A stretch of 44,497 nucleotides of DNA from a virus (Duplodnaviria > Caudoviricetes). This document shows positions 17,370-27,029 of the stretch, in pieces. The position numbers and the translations under genes were made by a program. The notes under the pieces were generated by a model. It was not told the DNA's origin. It ran no database searches and saw only the letters and a program-made list of their open reading frames with translations. The stretch covers positions 1-44,497 of IMG/VR virus record IMGVR_UViG_3300022307_000004; one strand, 5' to 3'. Every line of letters begins with the position of its first letter. Position 1 is the first letter of the stretch.

Positions 17370-18702
17370 TGGCACCTTTACTGTTACGTGGCCTTGGCCA
17401 CAGGTAGTCTTCACCACTCAGTATGTGTTAGTATTTGCCTTAGCTGACTATGGTCTGGCTACTGGGCAGGCGGCTAGTGGTGTCGACACAGTTGTGTTAT
17501 TTGAACTTTATAATTCAAGTGATACTTGGAATGCTCAGGCATGGTTAGACCTTGGTTCGGCTAGTGATATTACTAGCATTGACATTATGGACTTTAACTT
17601 ATTCTACAGTGTTAATGTTCTTAGGCCTGACAAGACTGTTGACAACTACACTCGAAATCCCAGAACTGACACGTTGGGAGAAACTCACACTACGTTGCCT
17701 ACCAGCAACTGCCCAAACTTCGTAACTGGTTGTAACTTCAATGGTCAAGCAATCATTGGTGGAGTTGTTGGTAACACTGATGCAAGTTGGGAGTATGCGA
17801 ACTCTGGCACTGTGTTGTGGAGTGGGATTGGTAGTTTTAACTTCCGCTATGTTGAGGATAAGACTGCAGGTTCAGCTCAGGTTCCTTGGGGTGAGGAGTC
17901 TCATGGGTGGGTCTTTAAGGTTCATAAGCTTGGTTCTGTAGTCATGGTTTATGGTGATGGTGGTAGGATGGCATTGGTGCCTCATAGTAGTCCTGTTTCA
18001 ACTTATGGAGTCCAGAAACTTTCAGGTCCTGGGATTGCAAATCCTAATCACTGGGCCGGTGATGAGACTATTCATGGGTTTATCAGTACTGAGCATGAGT
18101 TCATTCTTCTTGACTCTGAGCTTAAGGAAACTAACCTTGGTTACAAGGAGTGGCTTGAGGACCTTGACCTAAGCATTACCAAAGTCAGTTATGAGCCACT
18201 GAAAAGGCGTTTCTTTATCAGTGATGGCACTATCGGCTATGTGTTTAAAGATGGTGGGCTTTACACTTGTAACCAACTTGTGACCAGCGTAGGTATTTAT
18301 CACGGAAGAGTTTTTTGTGGTTTCTTTGCTGATTCAGGAGATTATGAAATTAGGATAACTTCTGACACATTAGACTTTAATCAGCGTGGGCTTAAGACCC
18401 TTGAGGGTATTGAGCCTAGTGCTGATTATTACAGTGTTGATAGCAGTGGTGATAACCGGACGCTTAAGGTCTCCAGTAAGTTTAAAACTACTAACCAGGC
18501 CCGTCAGACAGACTTTCGACAGGCAGCTTGGAGTGTGGTTAATAATCTGGGGATTGGAAGGGTTCGACTCCAGGCTAATGAATTTCGACTTCAGCTTAAG
18601 GCTGATGAGTACCGAGATGCTTTTTTCACTATTGACAATATCAAGGTTCGGATTAAACTAACAGATTACAGGAATATAAGGGGGTTTGCAAGTGTTAATT
18701 AA
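17350..18702 (+). CDS. tail nozzle / tubular protein B-like beta-propeller protein
   Basis: Beta-rich; FNGQ.I.GG, VLWSGIG and C-terminal TSDTLDF..RGLKT...A.EFR motifs; position upstream of the ejection genes. Confidence 0.65.
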   Translation: MTIQALDGTFTVTWPWPQVVFTTQYVLVFALADYGLATGQAASGVDTVVLFELYNSSDTWNAQAWLDLGSASDITSIDIMDFNLFYSVNVLRPDKTVDNYTRNPRTDTLGETHTTLPTSNCPNFVTGCNFNGQAIIGGVVGNTDASWEYANSGTVLWSGIGSFNFRYVEDKTAGSAQVPWGEESHGWVFKVHKLGSVVMVYGDGGRMALVPHSSPVSTYGVQKLSGPGIANPNHWAGDETIHGFISTEHEFILLDSELKETNLGYKEWLEDLDLSITKVSYEPLKRRFFISDGTIGYVFKDGGLYTCNQLVTSVGIYHGRVFCGFFADSGDYEIRITSDTLDFNQRGLKTLEGIEPSADYYSVDSSGDNRTLKVSSKFKTTNQARQTDFRQAAWSVVNNLGIGRVRLQANEFRLQLKADEYRDAFFTIDNIKVRIKLTDYRNIRGFASVN

Positions 18703-19129
18703 ACTTACTCCAGAGCAAGTAAGTGGTGGTTGGCCTGTTATTAAGGAAACTATTGAATACTCCTTGGCCCCAGTTGTTGGAGAGTCCGAGGAGAAGATGA
18801 ATAATATCCTTATGAGTCTTCTCAATAAGACTATGCAATGTTGGGTAGCTACCAAGGATAATAAATACGTTGCCGTGGTTACTACCAAAATTCTCTATGA
18901 TGATTCAAGTCTGACAAAGTCTCTCTTGGTATATTCAATCTATGCCAGCGGAACTGAGGAAAGTGTTTGGATCAGCAGTTTTGAAACTTTAAGGAAGTAT
19001 GCAATTAGTAAGGGTTGCTCAAGGATTGTTGGCTATACTGATAATGTCAACATGATTAAGCTTGCTGAACGACTTGGAGGAGAGGCTAGGTATACTCTAG
19101 TTTCAATGCCTTTAGGAGTAGCTAAATGA
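18686..19129 (+). CDS. GNAT-like virion assembly protein
   Basis: L..YA...GC.RI.G acetyltransferase-like pattern; typical position between nozzle and ejection proteins. Confidence 0.6.
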   Translation: MQVLIKLTPEQVSGGWPVIKETIEYSLAPVVGESEEKMNNILMSLLNKTMQCWVATKDNKYVAVVTTKILYDDSSLTKSLLVYSIYASGTEESVWISSFETLRKYAISKGCSRIVGYTDNVNMIKLAERLGGEARYTLVSMPLGVAK

Positions 19130-20121
19130 AGATTTATAATAGGGTTGTTCTAAGTATTGCCACCGGAGAAGTTCTGGAAGAGGATAGTTTTAACTATGCT
19201 GGTCCAGTGGCTTTGGCGAAGGGTGGTGGCGGTGGTGGTGGTTCAAGTGGTGCCGTTAGTTATCCTGCCTACATTGAGACTGCTCATGGAAGGGTTTTGG
19301 ATCATGGTGGTACTGATAGTCCTACTGTGTCAATTATTCAAGCTCTTAACTCAGCCATAAGTAGTTCTCCTTTCACTGCAGCAAGTGCGTTTGATCCCTC
19401 TACAGAGGTGGGTAATATACTTAATGCTGCTACTGCTTTTGATACATTTGTCAGTGCTCTTAATCACATTACTGATTGGCAGACAGCAGTTACCACTGCT
19501 TCAACTGCAATTGATGCCCTGATTGACTATACCTACATCAATGCAGATATTGCTGCCTATAGTGACCTACTTGATGATGAGCTGAATGATAACATCATTC
19601 CGGCCTTTGAGTCTGGAATGAGAGACATCAATGCAGTTAACACTTCTGCATTTGTCATGGGTAAGGCTGACATCATGGCTAAGAAGGTGAGGGATGTCAG
19701 CAAGTATGGAACTGAGTTACGAACAAAACTTCAATACCAGCGTAATGAGATGATTATGCTGGGGGTTGAGGGTATTCAGAAGTTCCAACTAACTCGGGCT
19801 GAGTTAGAAAAAGCAGCCGCAGCAGTGATCATTGAAGCTAATCGAATTAGCATTGTAGCGAACAAAGAAGAGAGTGATCAGAACATCGCCTACGATGAAG
19901 CAGATGCTCGGTGGGATATTGAACTCTTCCAGCATGTGGCTAATATGTTTGCCGGAGTTGGTGGTGGTTCTGTAGGCACCGCTGGAGCTAAGCAACCCAG
20001 TGCTCTTCAAAGTGCTCTTGGTGGAGCTTTGAGCGGCGCTGCTATTGGTGCTCAAGTTGGTGGACCCCCTGGGGCGGCTGCTGGTGCTTTTCTTGGTATT
20101 GGTGCAGGTCTTTTAACCTAA
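19126..20121 (+). CDS. ejection (pilot) protein, P22 gp7-like, with probable cleaved leader
   Basis: Leader ...Y.GPVALA|KGGGGGGG; C-terminal Gly-zipper GGALSGAAIGAQVGG. Confidence 0.7.
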   Translation: MKIYNRVVLSIATGEVLEEDSFNYAGPVALAKGGGGGGGSSGAVSYPAYIETAHGRVLDHGGTDSPTVSIIQALNSAISSSPFTAASAFDPSTEVGNILNAATAFDTFVSALNHITDWQTAVTTASTAIDALIDYTYINADIAAYSDLLDDELNDNIIPAFESGMRDINAVNTSAFVMGKADIMAKKVRDVSKYGTELRTKLQYQRNEMIMLGVEGIQKFQLTRAELEKAAAAVIIEANRISIVANKEESDQNIAYDEADARWDIELFQHVANMFAGVGGGSVGTAGAKQPSALQSALGGALSGAAIGAQVGGPPGAAAGAFLGIGAGLLT

Positions 20122-20133
20122 TAAGGAGTTAAC

Positions 20134-20580
20134 ATGTTTGATTTTTCACAATTACTGGACAAAGCTAAAACTGGCATTAATGACTTTGTACAAGGTGCTG
20201 GAAAACCTGGAACAATTCGGGGAATGGATCCTAATGCTTTTGCTATCCTAGCCGGGAATGTAGGAAGCACCATTAGTGGTCCTAATAGTATTATGGGCAA
20301 GGTTGGAGACTTAGCTGCTCAACGTGGCCAGAGTGCCCAGCTTAATGACCAGCGTCAGCAGATGTTACAGTTACTTGCCGGACATCCAATTACTCCAAAA
20401 GGAGTTCCTGGACCTTCCGAGGTTAAGGTTAACTCTGACGGGTATAATATAACAGGTGATTTGCCCAAAAGTGGGCTTGGCACTCTAGAGGCTGGAAACC
20501 CTGAGCAAAAGCAGCCTGCCGGCGGTCAGGCCTTCAGCCCTTTTTATCAGGCTCTGATGGGGCAGACCTATCAGGGCTAG
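20134..20580 (+). CDS. ejection protein, N-terminal part
   Basis: TAAGGAG SD; Gly/Gln-rich; contains C CCT TTT leading into the -1 frame ORF. Confidence 0.7.
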   Translation: MFDFSQLLDKAKTGINDFVQGAGKPGTIRGMDPNAFAILAGNVGSTISGPNSIMGKVGDLAAQRGQSAQLNDQRQQMLQLLAGHPITPKGVPGPSEVKVNSDGYNITGDLPKSGLGTLEAGNPEQKQPAGGQAFSPFYQALMGQTYQG

Positions 20581-20594
20581 AGCCAAATCAGATT

Positions 20595-21239
20595 ATGGGT
20601 TTGATGAATCAAGATGTGGCCGTTAAAAGGCTTGAAGGGTCCACTGCGCAACGTCAGTTTGAGGAACGTCAGGCAGGTATTCAAAATGCTCTTAACGCAG
20701 CAGGCTTGAAGAATCAGACGATTTTAACAGGGCTGAAGGTTAAGGATTTTAAAACTAACCAGGATGCCTATGATGTTCTTGAGAAAGAGACTAATCCTAT
20801 GAAGCGTATGGCTGCGCTTATCAGAGTTGCTCCAGGTGTAGCAGCTGAGCTTCAGCGTGGTAAGACGGTTCCTGCAAGTGTTCAGCAATTCTATCTGGCT
20901 CAGCAGCAGCTTAAGAACCTGGGTCTTGATGATATTACTAAGACTCCTATGGTTCAGTACCTGAGGTCGATTAAGGAAACTGATAGCAGGGATAAAATTG
21001 CGGCAGGGTTGGCTAAAAGTATGCTTAGTGGTTTTGGGGCATTTACTATTATGCCTAAACTTATGGGCGGCGATCCTGCTTATATTACTCAGTTTAATAC
21101 GGCTATTGGGAACCTTACAGATGCTATCATTAATCAACAAGCAGCACCAGCGCCAAAACCTAAACCAAAACCTAGTGAAGAACCCAAGACTGATATTGAT
21201 TCACTGATTGATGCCACACTGAAGAGTGTCAAAAAATAA
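20595..21239 (+). CDS. ejection protein, C-terminal part (probably fused to the upstream ORF via -1 frame)
   Basis: Frame open from 20505, no clear SD; helical Gln/Ala-rich with a PKPKPKP tail. Confidence 0.65.
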   Translation: MGLMNQDVAVKRLEGSTAQRQFEERQAGIQNALNAAGLKNQTILTGLKVKDFKTNQDAYDVLEKETNPMKRMAALIRVAPGVAAELQRGKTVPASVQQFYLAQQQLKNLGLDDITKTPMVQYLRSIKETDSRDKIAAGLAKSMLSGFGAFTIMPKLMGGDPAYITQFNTAIGNLTDAIINQQAAPAPKPKPKPSEEPKTDIDSLIDATLKSVKK

Positions 21240-21249
21240 GGAGTAACCA

Positions 21250-24200
21250 ATGGCTTTTGCTGATGAGTTATTGCAATCAGATCGATTTAAAGGGCTCGCT
21301 CCTGAGGTTCAGCATAAGGTGGTTGATAGGTTTTTTGAAAGCCGAATTGTTGACCATCCTAAGATTCAGCAGTTAGATGATCAGACTAGGCGTCAGGCTT
21401 TAGGAAGGCTTAGAGCAACCTTGGATGATACAGTAGCTAAGGGTCTGGGTTATAAGGACCTTGATACTTGGAATAATGCAGGTGGGGTTCCAATGGCTGC
21501 CAAAAGTCCAGAGGAGCTTTATACTGGAGCACCTGACCAACCGTTAGTTTCTGACACTACAATGCTGGCTGGGGGTCTTGCGACTGGTATGAGACCTCTT
21601 TCTGCTGCAGCCAGTTTTGCAACAGCTCCGATAGCTCATCAGTATAAGGCTCAGGATGCATCAGGACAACTTTGGGAAGCTTTGGCAGTGGGGGCAAAGG
21701 CGGCTAAGGCGGACTTACTCCCCTCCAGTGAGCGTCCAGATTATGAGGGGCAGGTTGTTGAAAACTACTTCCCCAACATGCCGGAGCAGTTAAAACCTAC
21801 GGCCTCAACTCTTCTTGGTTTCCTAGGTGATCCAGCATCAATAGTTTTTCCATTCAAGAAAGGTTTCCAAGAAGGTTTGGCTATAGCAGCGCGTACAGGT
21901 ACTGAGCTTAATCCCTTCTCAAGAGCCTTGGCTGAGATGGTTAGTTATGTACCTATGCGAGATGAGGAGTATCACCACTTGGCTGGTTTAGCAAAATTGG
22001 CAGATGGTGGGGACAAGGCTGCAGCAGACATACTAGTTAATAGTGATGTGGTTAAGCCTCCGAACTTAGGTGAGCATGTCAAAGCTATTACACCAGAAGG
22101 CAAAGTAGTTGAAGCAGCCAAGTCGAGCAGTCCAGCAGTGATGCCTCAAAAGGATTTTAATGCTAACTACTTAACTGCGAGTTCAGCTGAGAAAAGTATT
22201 CATGAGGACTTGCAGAAAGCTTATTTTGAGCCAGAGGTTAAGGAAGCCAAAGCAGCCAAAGCAGTAGGGGAAGTTACTCCTGAAGTTACTCCTGAAGTTG
22301 CTGCGGAGGTTACTACTCCTGATCCCATGGTGATAGAGCCGTGGGCAGGTTCGGCAGGTCCAGTAATGGTTGAGCCGGTTGAGTCCTATGGAAAAAATAT
22401 TTCCAAAGGGATTGATAATACCTTTACTGAAGGCTCTCAGAAAAGCCTTAGTGGGAAGTACACTAAGAAACTCAACACCGTTCATGAGGAGTTTCAGAGC
22501 CTTAGTGAGGACTACCTGAGGATGCAAAAAGATCCTTCAATCAAGCCTAAGGAACTTGATTCTATGATCTTTGGGGACTTGGAGATTACCCTTGAGGACC
22601 TTAAGGACCGTAGGGTATTAAGCTCAGAGGATGTTAATAATGTCCTTGATGGACTTAAAACTGGAACGTATAAAAGGATGCTGTTAAACCCTGATAAAGA
22701 CTTCCTCAGTCGCGTAATGGAGGGGTTGAATATCAGTGGTATGACTGAAAGTGAAAAGGCCTTTAAGGGGTTGAAGTCTCAGGGTGGTTACATAAGCCCA
22801 GTTATTATGAAGGATCTTGGCATTAACTCTATTGGAGCCTTAACAGGTTTTGATGTTGATGAGAACGGAGTTCCTAGGTGGAAATTTGAAAACTGGGTTC
22901 ATCGTGGTGGAGCAGCACTGTCAGCATTAACTATTGGTCGGCACTTTTATAGGAAAATAGGGGCAGCTGATCAGATAAGAAAAGTAGGTTCAAATTTTTC
23001 AGAGCGTTTCTGGAAGGCCTTAAGTGAACCTGCCAGAACTGAAACTGGTCAAGTTATTAAAACCAGTGCCCGTAAAATTGCTGAGTCATTTCACCCTACT
23101 GAACGTGCCGTCAAGGAAGCCTATGCACTTAAGCGTCAGTTCTACAGGCAGAAAGCTAATATTCGAAGGGCCGCAGATAAGTTTGCAATGGATGTGGCAA
23201 CGAAGTTTTCTCCTGAAGAGCGTGCACTTATAAGTGATATCATTGAGCAGGAGGGTGATTGGGAGAAGGCTTCAAAGCACTTGTTTGCTCAGGCTGATGA
23301 GATAGTCGGCTTTCACAAACAGATTAGGCAAATGCTGATTGATTCAGGTCTGGCAGAGGAGGAGGTTAACAAGTTGGGGGATAAGTACCTTCATCGGGTC
23401 TATGCTCCAAGGATGAATAAAAGACCTTACCAATACCTAAGGGCTAAGATAAAAGCGATCAGTGTGAAGTACTTAAAGAATCGTGGAATTGTAAGGTCCT
23501 TGAAGCCAGAGCAGTTTAAGGAACTTGGGATTAATCTTGACCAGCTTGCTAAAGATGATAAGGTTGTCAGTTTTCGCGATAGTGACTTAAGATGGCGTCG
23601 GTTTGCCCTAGCAGTTGATAGAGGTAAGATAAGAGAACTCAGTATGGGTGGTGAATTTGAACCTTTTGACTGGCGAGTTGAGAGTACTGAGAATGGAGTG
23701 TTGAAGCTTCGTAGGGATTATACCAGAACTGAACGTGAGGCTATGGGTGAGTCACGGGATGTGGCCTTAAGAATGGCAGTGCTGAATCGGGAGGCTAGTC
23801 ATGATATTGCTCTTGGAAGGATGTTTCAAAATATTAAGGAGAATCCTGGCTGGACTGTTAAGTCTGATGTGTTAGCCAAAAATGAATCACTTAGAGCTCT
23901 TGAGAAAAGGATGCAGGCTTGGGGATGGGTTAAAGTTCCATTAACAGAAACTCATAAAGGCATTAAGAAGTACGGAGCCCTCTCCGGTCATTATGTGCAC
24001 CCTGATGTTATGAAAGTCCTTGGAAGTATGACTAGTGGCCGGCTTCAGAATGATGTGTTAGCTGGGCTTGACAAACTCAACCAGGCACTGCTTAAGCCTT
24101 GGAAAATTGGAAAAACAGCTTTCAGTCCTGCTACTCACGGGATTAATGTGCTTACCAACTTTCACATTTCAGTTATGGATGGGAGGGAGCCAACTAGTTT

Positions 24201-25452
24201 GGCCATTAGAGGAGCTCAGAGTATTAGGAATAATGATAAGTGGTTCCAGGAGGCTATTAATGAAGGTCTTATTGACTCAGGAATAATGCAAGCAGACTGG
24301 GATATTAATAGTTTTATTAATACTGCTAAGAAGATCAAGGATCAGGAAAACCCCGGAGGCTTGCTCAAGGCCTTTGGGAACTTATTTACTAAGCCTGCTC
24401 GTGGAGCTATGAAGCTTTATGAGAAGGAGGATCAGATCTTTAAAATGGGAGTTTATATTTCAGAGCGTGAGAAAGGTGCTGAACCTCAGGAAGCTCTGGA
24501 GGCTGCGAATAAGTTGTTCTTTGATTATTCGGATGTTCCCAGAGGTATTCAGTTCCTTAGAAGAACCGGCCTTGTGCCTTTTGTTAGTTGGACATATAAA
24601 ATCATTCCAGTGATTGCAAACACTATGGTTGATAATCCTCATAGAATTCTAGCCTTGATAGCAGGGTATAAGGCACTTGGGGATTATCACTATGAGCATG
24701 AGTATAAGGACAAAGCCGAAGCTCAAAGAGCCTATGAGCATTCGCTTATGCCAGACTGGCAGAAGAAATCCTTTTATGGATTAGGACCTTCAACATCAGT
24801 TAGGCTTGCTAATGCTGATGATGGCCAGGCTAGGTTCCTAGATGCTTCAAGGTTCCTGCCCGGTGCTGATCTTTTTCAGGATATGGCTAATGGTTTTCCC
24901 TTCGGTTTTCACCCCTTAATAGCTACAGTTTTTACGCTGGCTAGTGGGAAGACTGCAAGTTTTAAGAGGGAACTTTATCCTTATGATAACCCTGTTACCA
25001 GTGAACAAAAGAGTTTGAATGCTAAGTCGTTGGTTAATTATTTAGCCAATCAGTGGGCACCAAACCTACCGTTCATCAACCCTTATAGTTATTCTACCAA
25101 CAACCTTGGTAATGCCCTAGTAGCTAATGGGACTATTAGCAAGGACGTTGGTAATGAACTTGGCTGGACAGGTAAGGACTGGACAGGTCATGATGTTAGC
25201 CTAGCTGAGACTATGCTTGGTCTCTTTGGGCCGAAGATTCGAAGGCTTGACACTGATGCATCGTTACAATCAAGGGTGGGGATCATTAGGAGTAAGACTA
25301 AGGACGCTGGTATGGATGTTTTTAAAACTATGATTGACCCAAGAAAAACACCGGCTGAGAAAGAACAGATGATTCAGAATGCAATCGAAACTGGTCAATA
25401 CTCAGCCGATGAAATTCAGAAGCTTTACAAACTTAAGCAAGCAACTCAATAA
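21250..25452 (+). CDS. large ejection / internal virion protein (1400 aa)
   Basis: TAAGGAG SD; last gene of the structural arm; mostly helical; WK..KT..SP..H..N...N and FFDY...PFVSW.YK patterns of large podovirus core proteins. Confidence 0.75.
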   Translation: MAFADELLQSDRFKGLAPEVQHKVVDRFFESRIVDHPKIQQLDDQTRRQALGRLRATLDDTVAKGLGYKDLDTWNNAGGVPMAAKSPEELYTGAPDQPLVSDTTMLAGGLATGMRPLSAAASFATAPIAHQYKAQDASGQLWEALAVGAKAAKADLLPSSERPDYEGQVVENYFPNMPEQLKPTASTLLGFLGDPASIVFPFKKGFQEGLAIAARTGTELNPFSRALAEMVSYVPMRDEEYHHLAGLAKLADGGDKAAADILVNSDVVKPPNLGEHVKAITPEGKVVEAAKSSSPAVMPQKDFNANYLTASSAEKSIHEDLQKAYFEPEVKEAKAAKAVGEVTPEVTPEVAAEVTTPDPMVIEPWAGSAGPVMVEPVESYGKNISKGIDNTFTEGSQKSLSGKYTKKLNTVHEEFQSLSEDYLRMQKDPSIKPKELDSMIFGDLEITLEDLKDRRVLSSEDVNNVLDGLKTGTYKRMLLNPDKDFLSRVMEGLNISGMTESEKAFKGLKSQGGYISPVIMKDLGINSIGALTGFDVDENGVPRWKFENWVHRGGAALSALTIGRHFYRKIGAADQIRKVGSNFSERFWKALSEPARTETGQVIKTSARKIAESFHPTERAVKEAYALKRQFYRQKANIRRAADKFAMDVATKFSPEERALISDIIEQEGDWEKASKHLFAQADEIVGFHKQIRQMLIDSGLAEEEVNKLGDKYLHRVYAPRMNKRPYQYLRAKIKAISVKYLKNRGIVRSLKPEQFKELGINLDQLAKDDKVVSFRDSDLRWRRFALAVDRGKIRELSMGGEFEPFDWRVESTENGVLKLRRDYTRTEREAMGESRDVALRMAVLNREASHDIALGRMFQNIKENPGWTVKSDVLAKNESLRALEKRMQAWGWVKVPLTETHKGIKKYGALSGHYVHPDVMKVLGSMTSGRLQNDVLAGLDKLNQALLKPWKIGKTAFSPATHGINVLTNFHISVMDGREPTSLAIRGAQSIRNNDKWFQEAINEGLIDSGIMQADWDINSFINTAKKIKDQENPGGLLKAFGNLFTKPARGAMKLYEKEDQIFKMGVYISEREKGAEPQEALEAANKLFFDYSDVPRGIQFLRRTGLVPFVSWTYKIIPVIANTMVDNPHRILALIAGYKALGDYHYEHEYKDKAEAQRAYEHSLMPDWQKKSFYGLGPSTSVRLANADDGQARFLDASRFLPGADLFQDMANGFPFGFHPLIATVFTLASGKTASFKRELYPYDNPVTSEQKSLNAKSLVNYLANQWAPNLPFINPYSYSTNNLGNALVANGTISKDVGNELGWTGKDWTGHDVSLAETMLGLFGPKIRRLDTDASLQSRVGIIRSKTKDAGMDVFKTMIDPRKTPAEKEQMIQNAIETGQYSADEIQKLYKLKQATQ
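22385..22409. repeat. 25-bp dispersed palindrome, copy 6 (intragenic)
   Basis: CCTATGG-AAAAAATATTT-CCAAAGG, read as SYGKNISKG in the 1400-aa ORF. Confidence 0.95.
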
Positions 25453-25744
25453 GAAGTTTCCTAAGGGCAGGAAATTTTTCAAGAATCTCCTCAGCCTCGC
25501 GCCTGATAAGGACTACTCTGTTAAGTGCGCTCAGGGCTTGGCTAGGAGATTCAGCTCCTATCTCATTCATAAACTCTTCAGCCTCCTCCAACCATTTTAG
25601 GTGGCTTGGAAGTTCCCATTCATCAACTATTACCTGCTCTAGGTAGTAGTGACAAAAATGAGTATCAGTCTTAAGTTGCTCCATAGTCTCCAAATGCTTC
25701 TCTCTACAGCGCAGCGTATGAAGTAGTGCTGCTAGTTGCTTCAT
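25433..25744 (-). CDS. hypothetical protein
   Basis: GGAG SD, ATGA overlap with the upstream helicase gene. Confidence 0.65.
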   Translation of the reverse strand: MKQLAALLHTLRCREKHLETMEQLKTDTHFCHYYLEQVIVDEWELPSHLKWLEEAEEFMNEIGAESPSQALSALNRVVLIRREAEEILEKFPALRKLLIELLA

Positions 25745-26973
25745 TTTGTCTCCTCCGCTACAGACGCAGAGATTGCCCTATCAAGTGGATTGTCTGCATT
25801 TCCAACATACGTTAAGTGCGTAGTTTTTCCTTGGTAGGATATTCTAATTATCTTCATTTCGCTTAAGGTTTTAATAATAGCCTCCAAAGTTCTCTGATCT
25901 GCATCAACATGATATTTGCTTAGAATTTGCCCAAAAGTCATATCCTTACTAAGAGCTAAGTCAGTCCAGACCTTAGTAAGAATATCACTCTGAGTATTCT
26001 TCCCAACCCCTGTAAATGCCTGCGGCATTTTTATCTCAGTTCGTTCAAGTAATGCCAAAGCTCTTTCAAAATCTTCTGGAGAAATCTCCATAGAATCTGA
26101 TCTGGAAGCGCTAAGGATCATGCAAAGTTTTAATAAATGTGTCGGCCTTCGTTCAATATAGCCTGCGAAGCGGGTGTCTTCGAACGGAGGGTGTCGATCT
26201 TGTTGATAGTACCACTCAGTCCAAGGGTCGATGAATTCCTTATGAATTTTAAACTCTCCTTTGAGTGAGTAGATTCGCTCAAGATCATCCATGAGTTTCT
26301 TTCTTAAAACTATTTGTTCTCTTCCCCACTGAGGGAATGGTTCAAGATGCCCCTTTCGTGGCTCAAAAACAAAGATCATTCGACTTGTTAAGCCGCCACC
26401 AATTGCATCAAGGGGTAGGGCCGTTCTTATTAAGTCAGGGGTTGTAGCCCCTAACATATTCACCCATACCCCAATTATGTTATCAGTTCCAGAACCTTTA
26501 GTCCGGTAAATCCACTGATTAGCACAGTCGTACCAGTCAGTAAGGTCCGCCATAAGTTGATAGTTTTGATGTCCAAGAAACACAATCAATTCCTCAGAAT
26601 AAACTGTGAGAGAACTGTGTGTTTCCATTATGCCCTTGTCAGAGTAGATTAACGAATCAGAACATTCCTGAAGTTCTCGAACTAATGCTTCTCGAGTAAT
26701 GCTCTCAGCAGCCATTTTAACTCCTAGGTCCATTAAAAAGTCTCTTCCAACTTTCATGGCAGTTCCCTTACGAGCCTTTCCAGGAGGGCCTACGAGAACA
26801 GTATACATATTAGGGTAGAAGGTTAAACTTCCCCAACGAAGTCTGCATTTTCTCTGCATTGCTGCAGCCATTACGGAAACAGCTACCCAGGTTCGAAACA
26901 TTTCAGGAGGTTCAGTGAATGTTGTTAATTCTAAATAACTATTAAGCCAGTCCTCAAGAATTCTTTTTGACAT
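25741..26973 (-). CDS. DUF3987/YfjI-like AAA+ helicase
   Basis: YPNMYTVLVGPPGKARKGTA P-loop, SEE, LT.WYD, LGATTP and GG..SRMIFV motifs. Confidence 0.8.
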   Translation of the reverse strand: MSKRILEDWLNSYLELTTFTEPPEMFRTWVAVSVMAAAMQRKCRLRWGSLTFYPNMYTVLVGPPGKARKGTAMKVGRDFLMDLGVKMAAESITREALVRELQECSDSLIYSDKGIMETHSSLTVYSEELIVFLGHQNYQLMADLTDWYDCANQWIYRTKGSGTDNIIGVWVNMLGATTPDLIRTALPLDAIGGGLTSRMIFVFEPRKGHLEPFPQWGREQIVLRKKLMDDLERIYSLKGEFKIHKEFIDPWTEWYYQQDRHPPFEDTRFAGYIERRPTHLLKLCMILSASRSDSMEISPEDFERALALLERTEIKMPQAFTGVGKNTQSDILTKVWTDLALSKDMTFGQILSKYHVDADQRTLEAIIKTLSEMKIIRISYQGKTTHLTYVGNADNPLDRAISASVAEETK

Positions 26974-27000
26974 GTTGGTGTTATTCCTAGTATAATAAAC

Positions 27001-27025
27001 CCTATGGAAAAAATATTTCCATAGG
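27001..27025. repeat. 25-bp dispersed palindrome, copy 7
   Basis: CCTATGG-AAAAAATATTT-CCATAGG (perfect 10-bp arms). Confidence 0.95.
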
Positions 27026-27029
27026 AGTT

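Noticed and set aside
22270-22320. 12-bp EVTP coding repeat
   Set aside because: Short low-complexity linker expansion with no further signal.
1067-24642. Numerous antisense or alternate-frame ORFs of 60-145 aa within structural genes
   Set aside because: They fully overlap well-supported genes and lack SDs and motifs, as expected of shadow ORFs.
21250-25452. Virion RNA polymerase (N4-like) using the palindromes as hairpin promoters
   Set aside because: No single-subunit RNAP motifs or DxDGD seen, and the protein is much smaller than N4 vRNAP. Cannot be fully excluded without a structure search.
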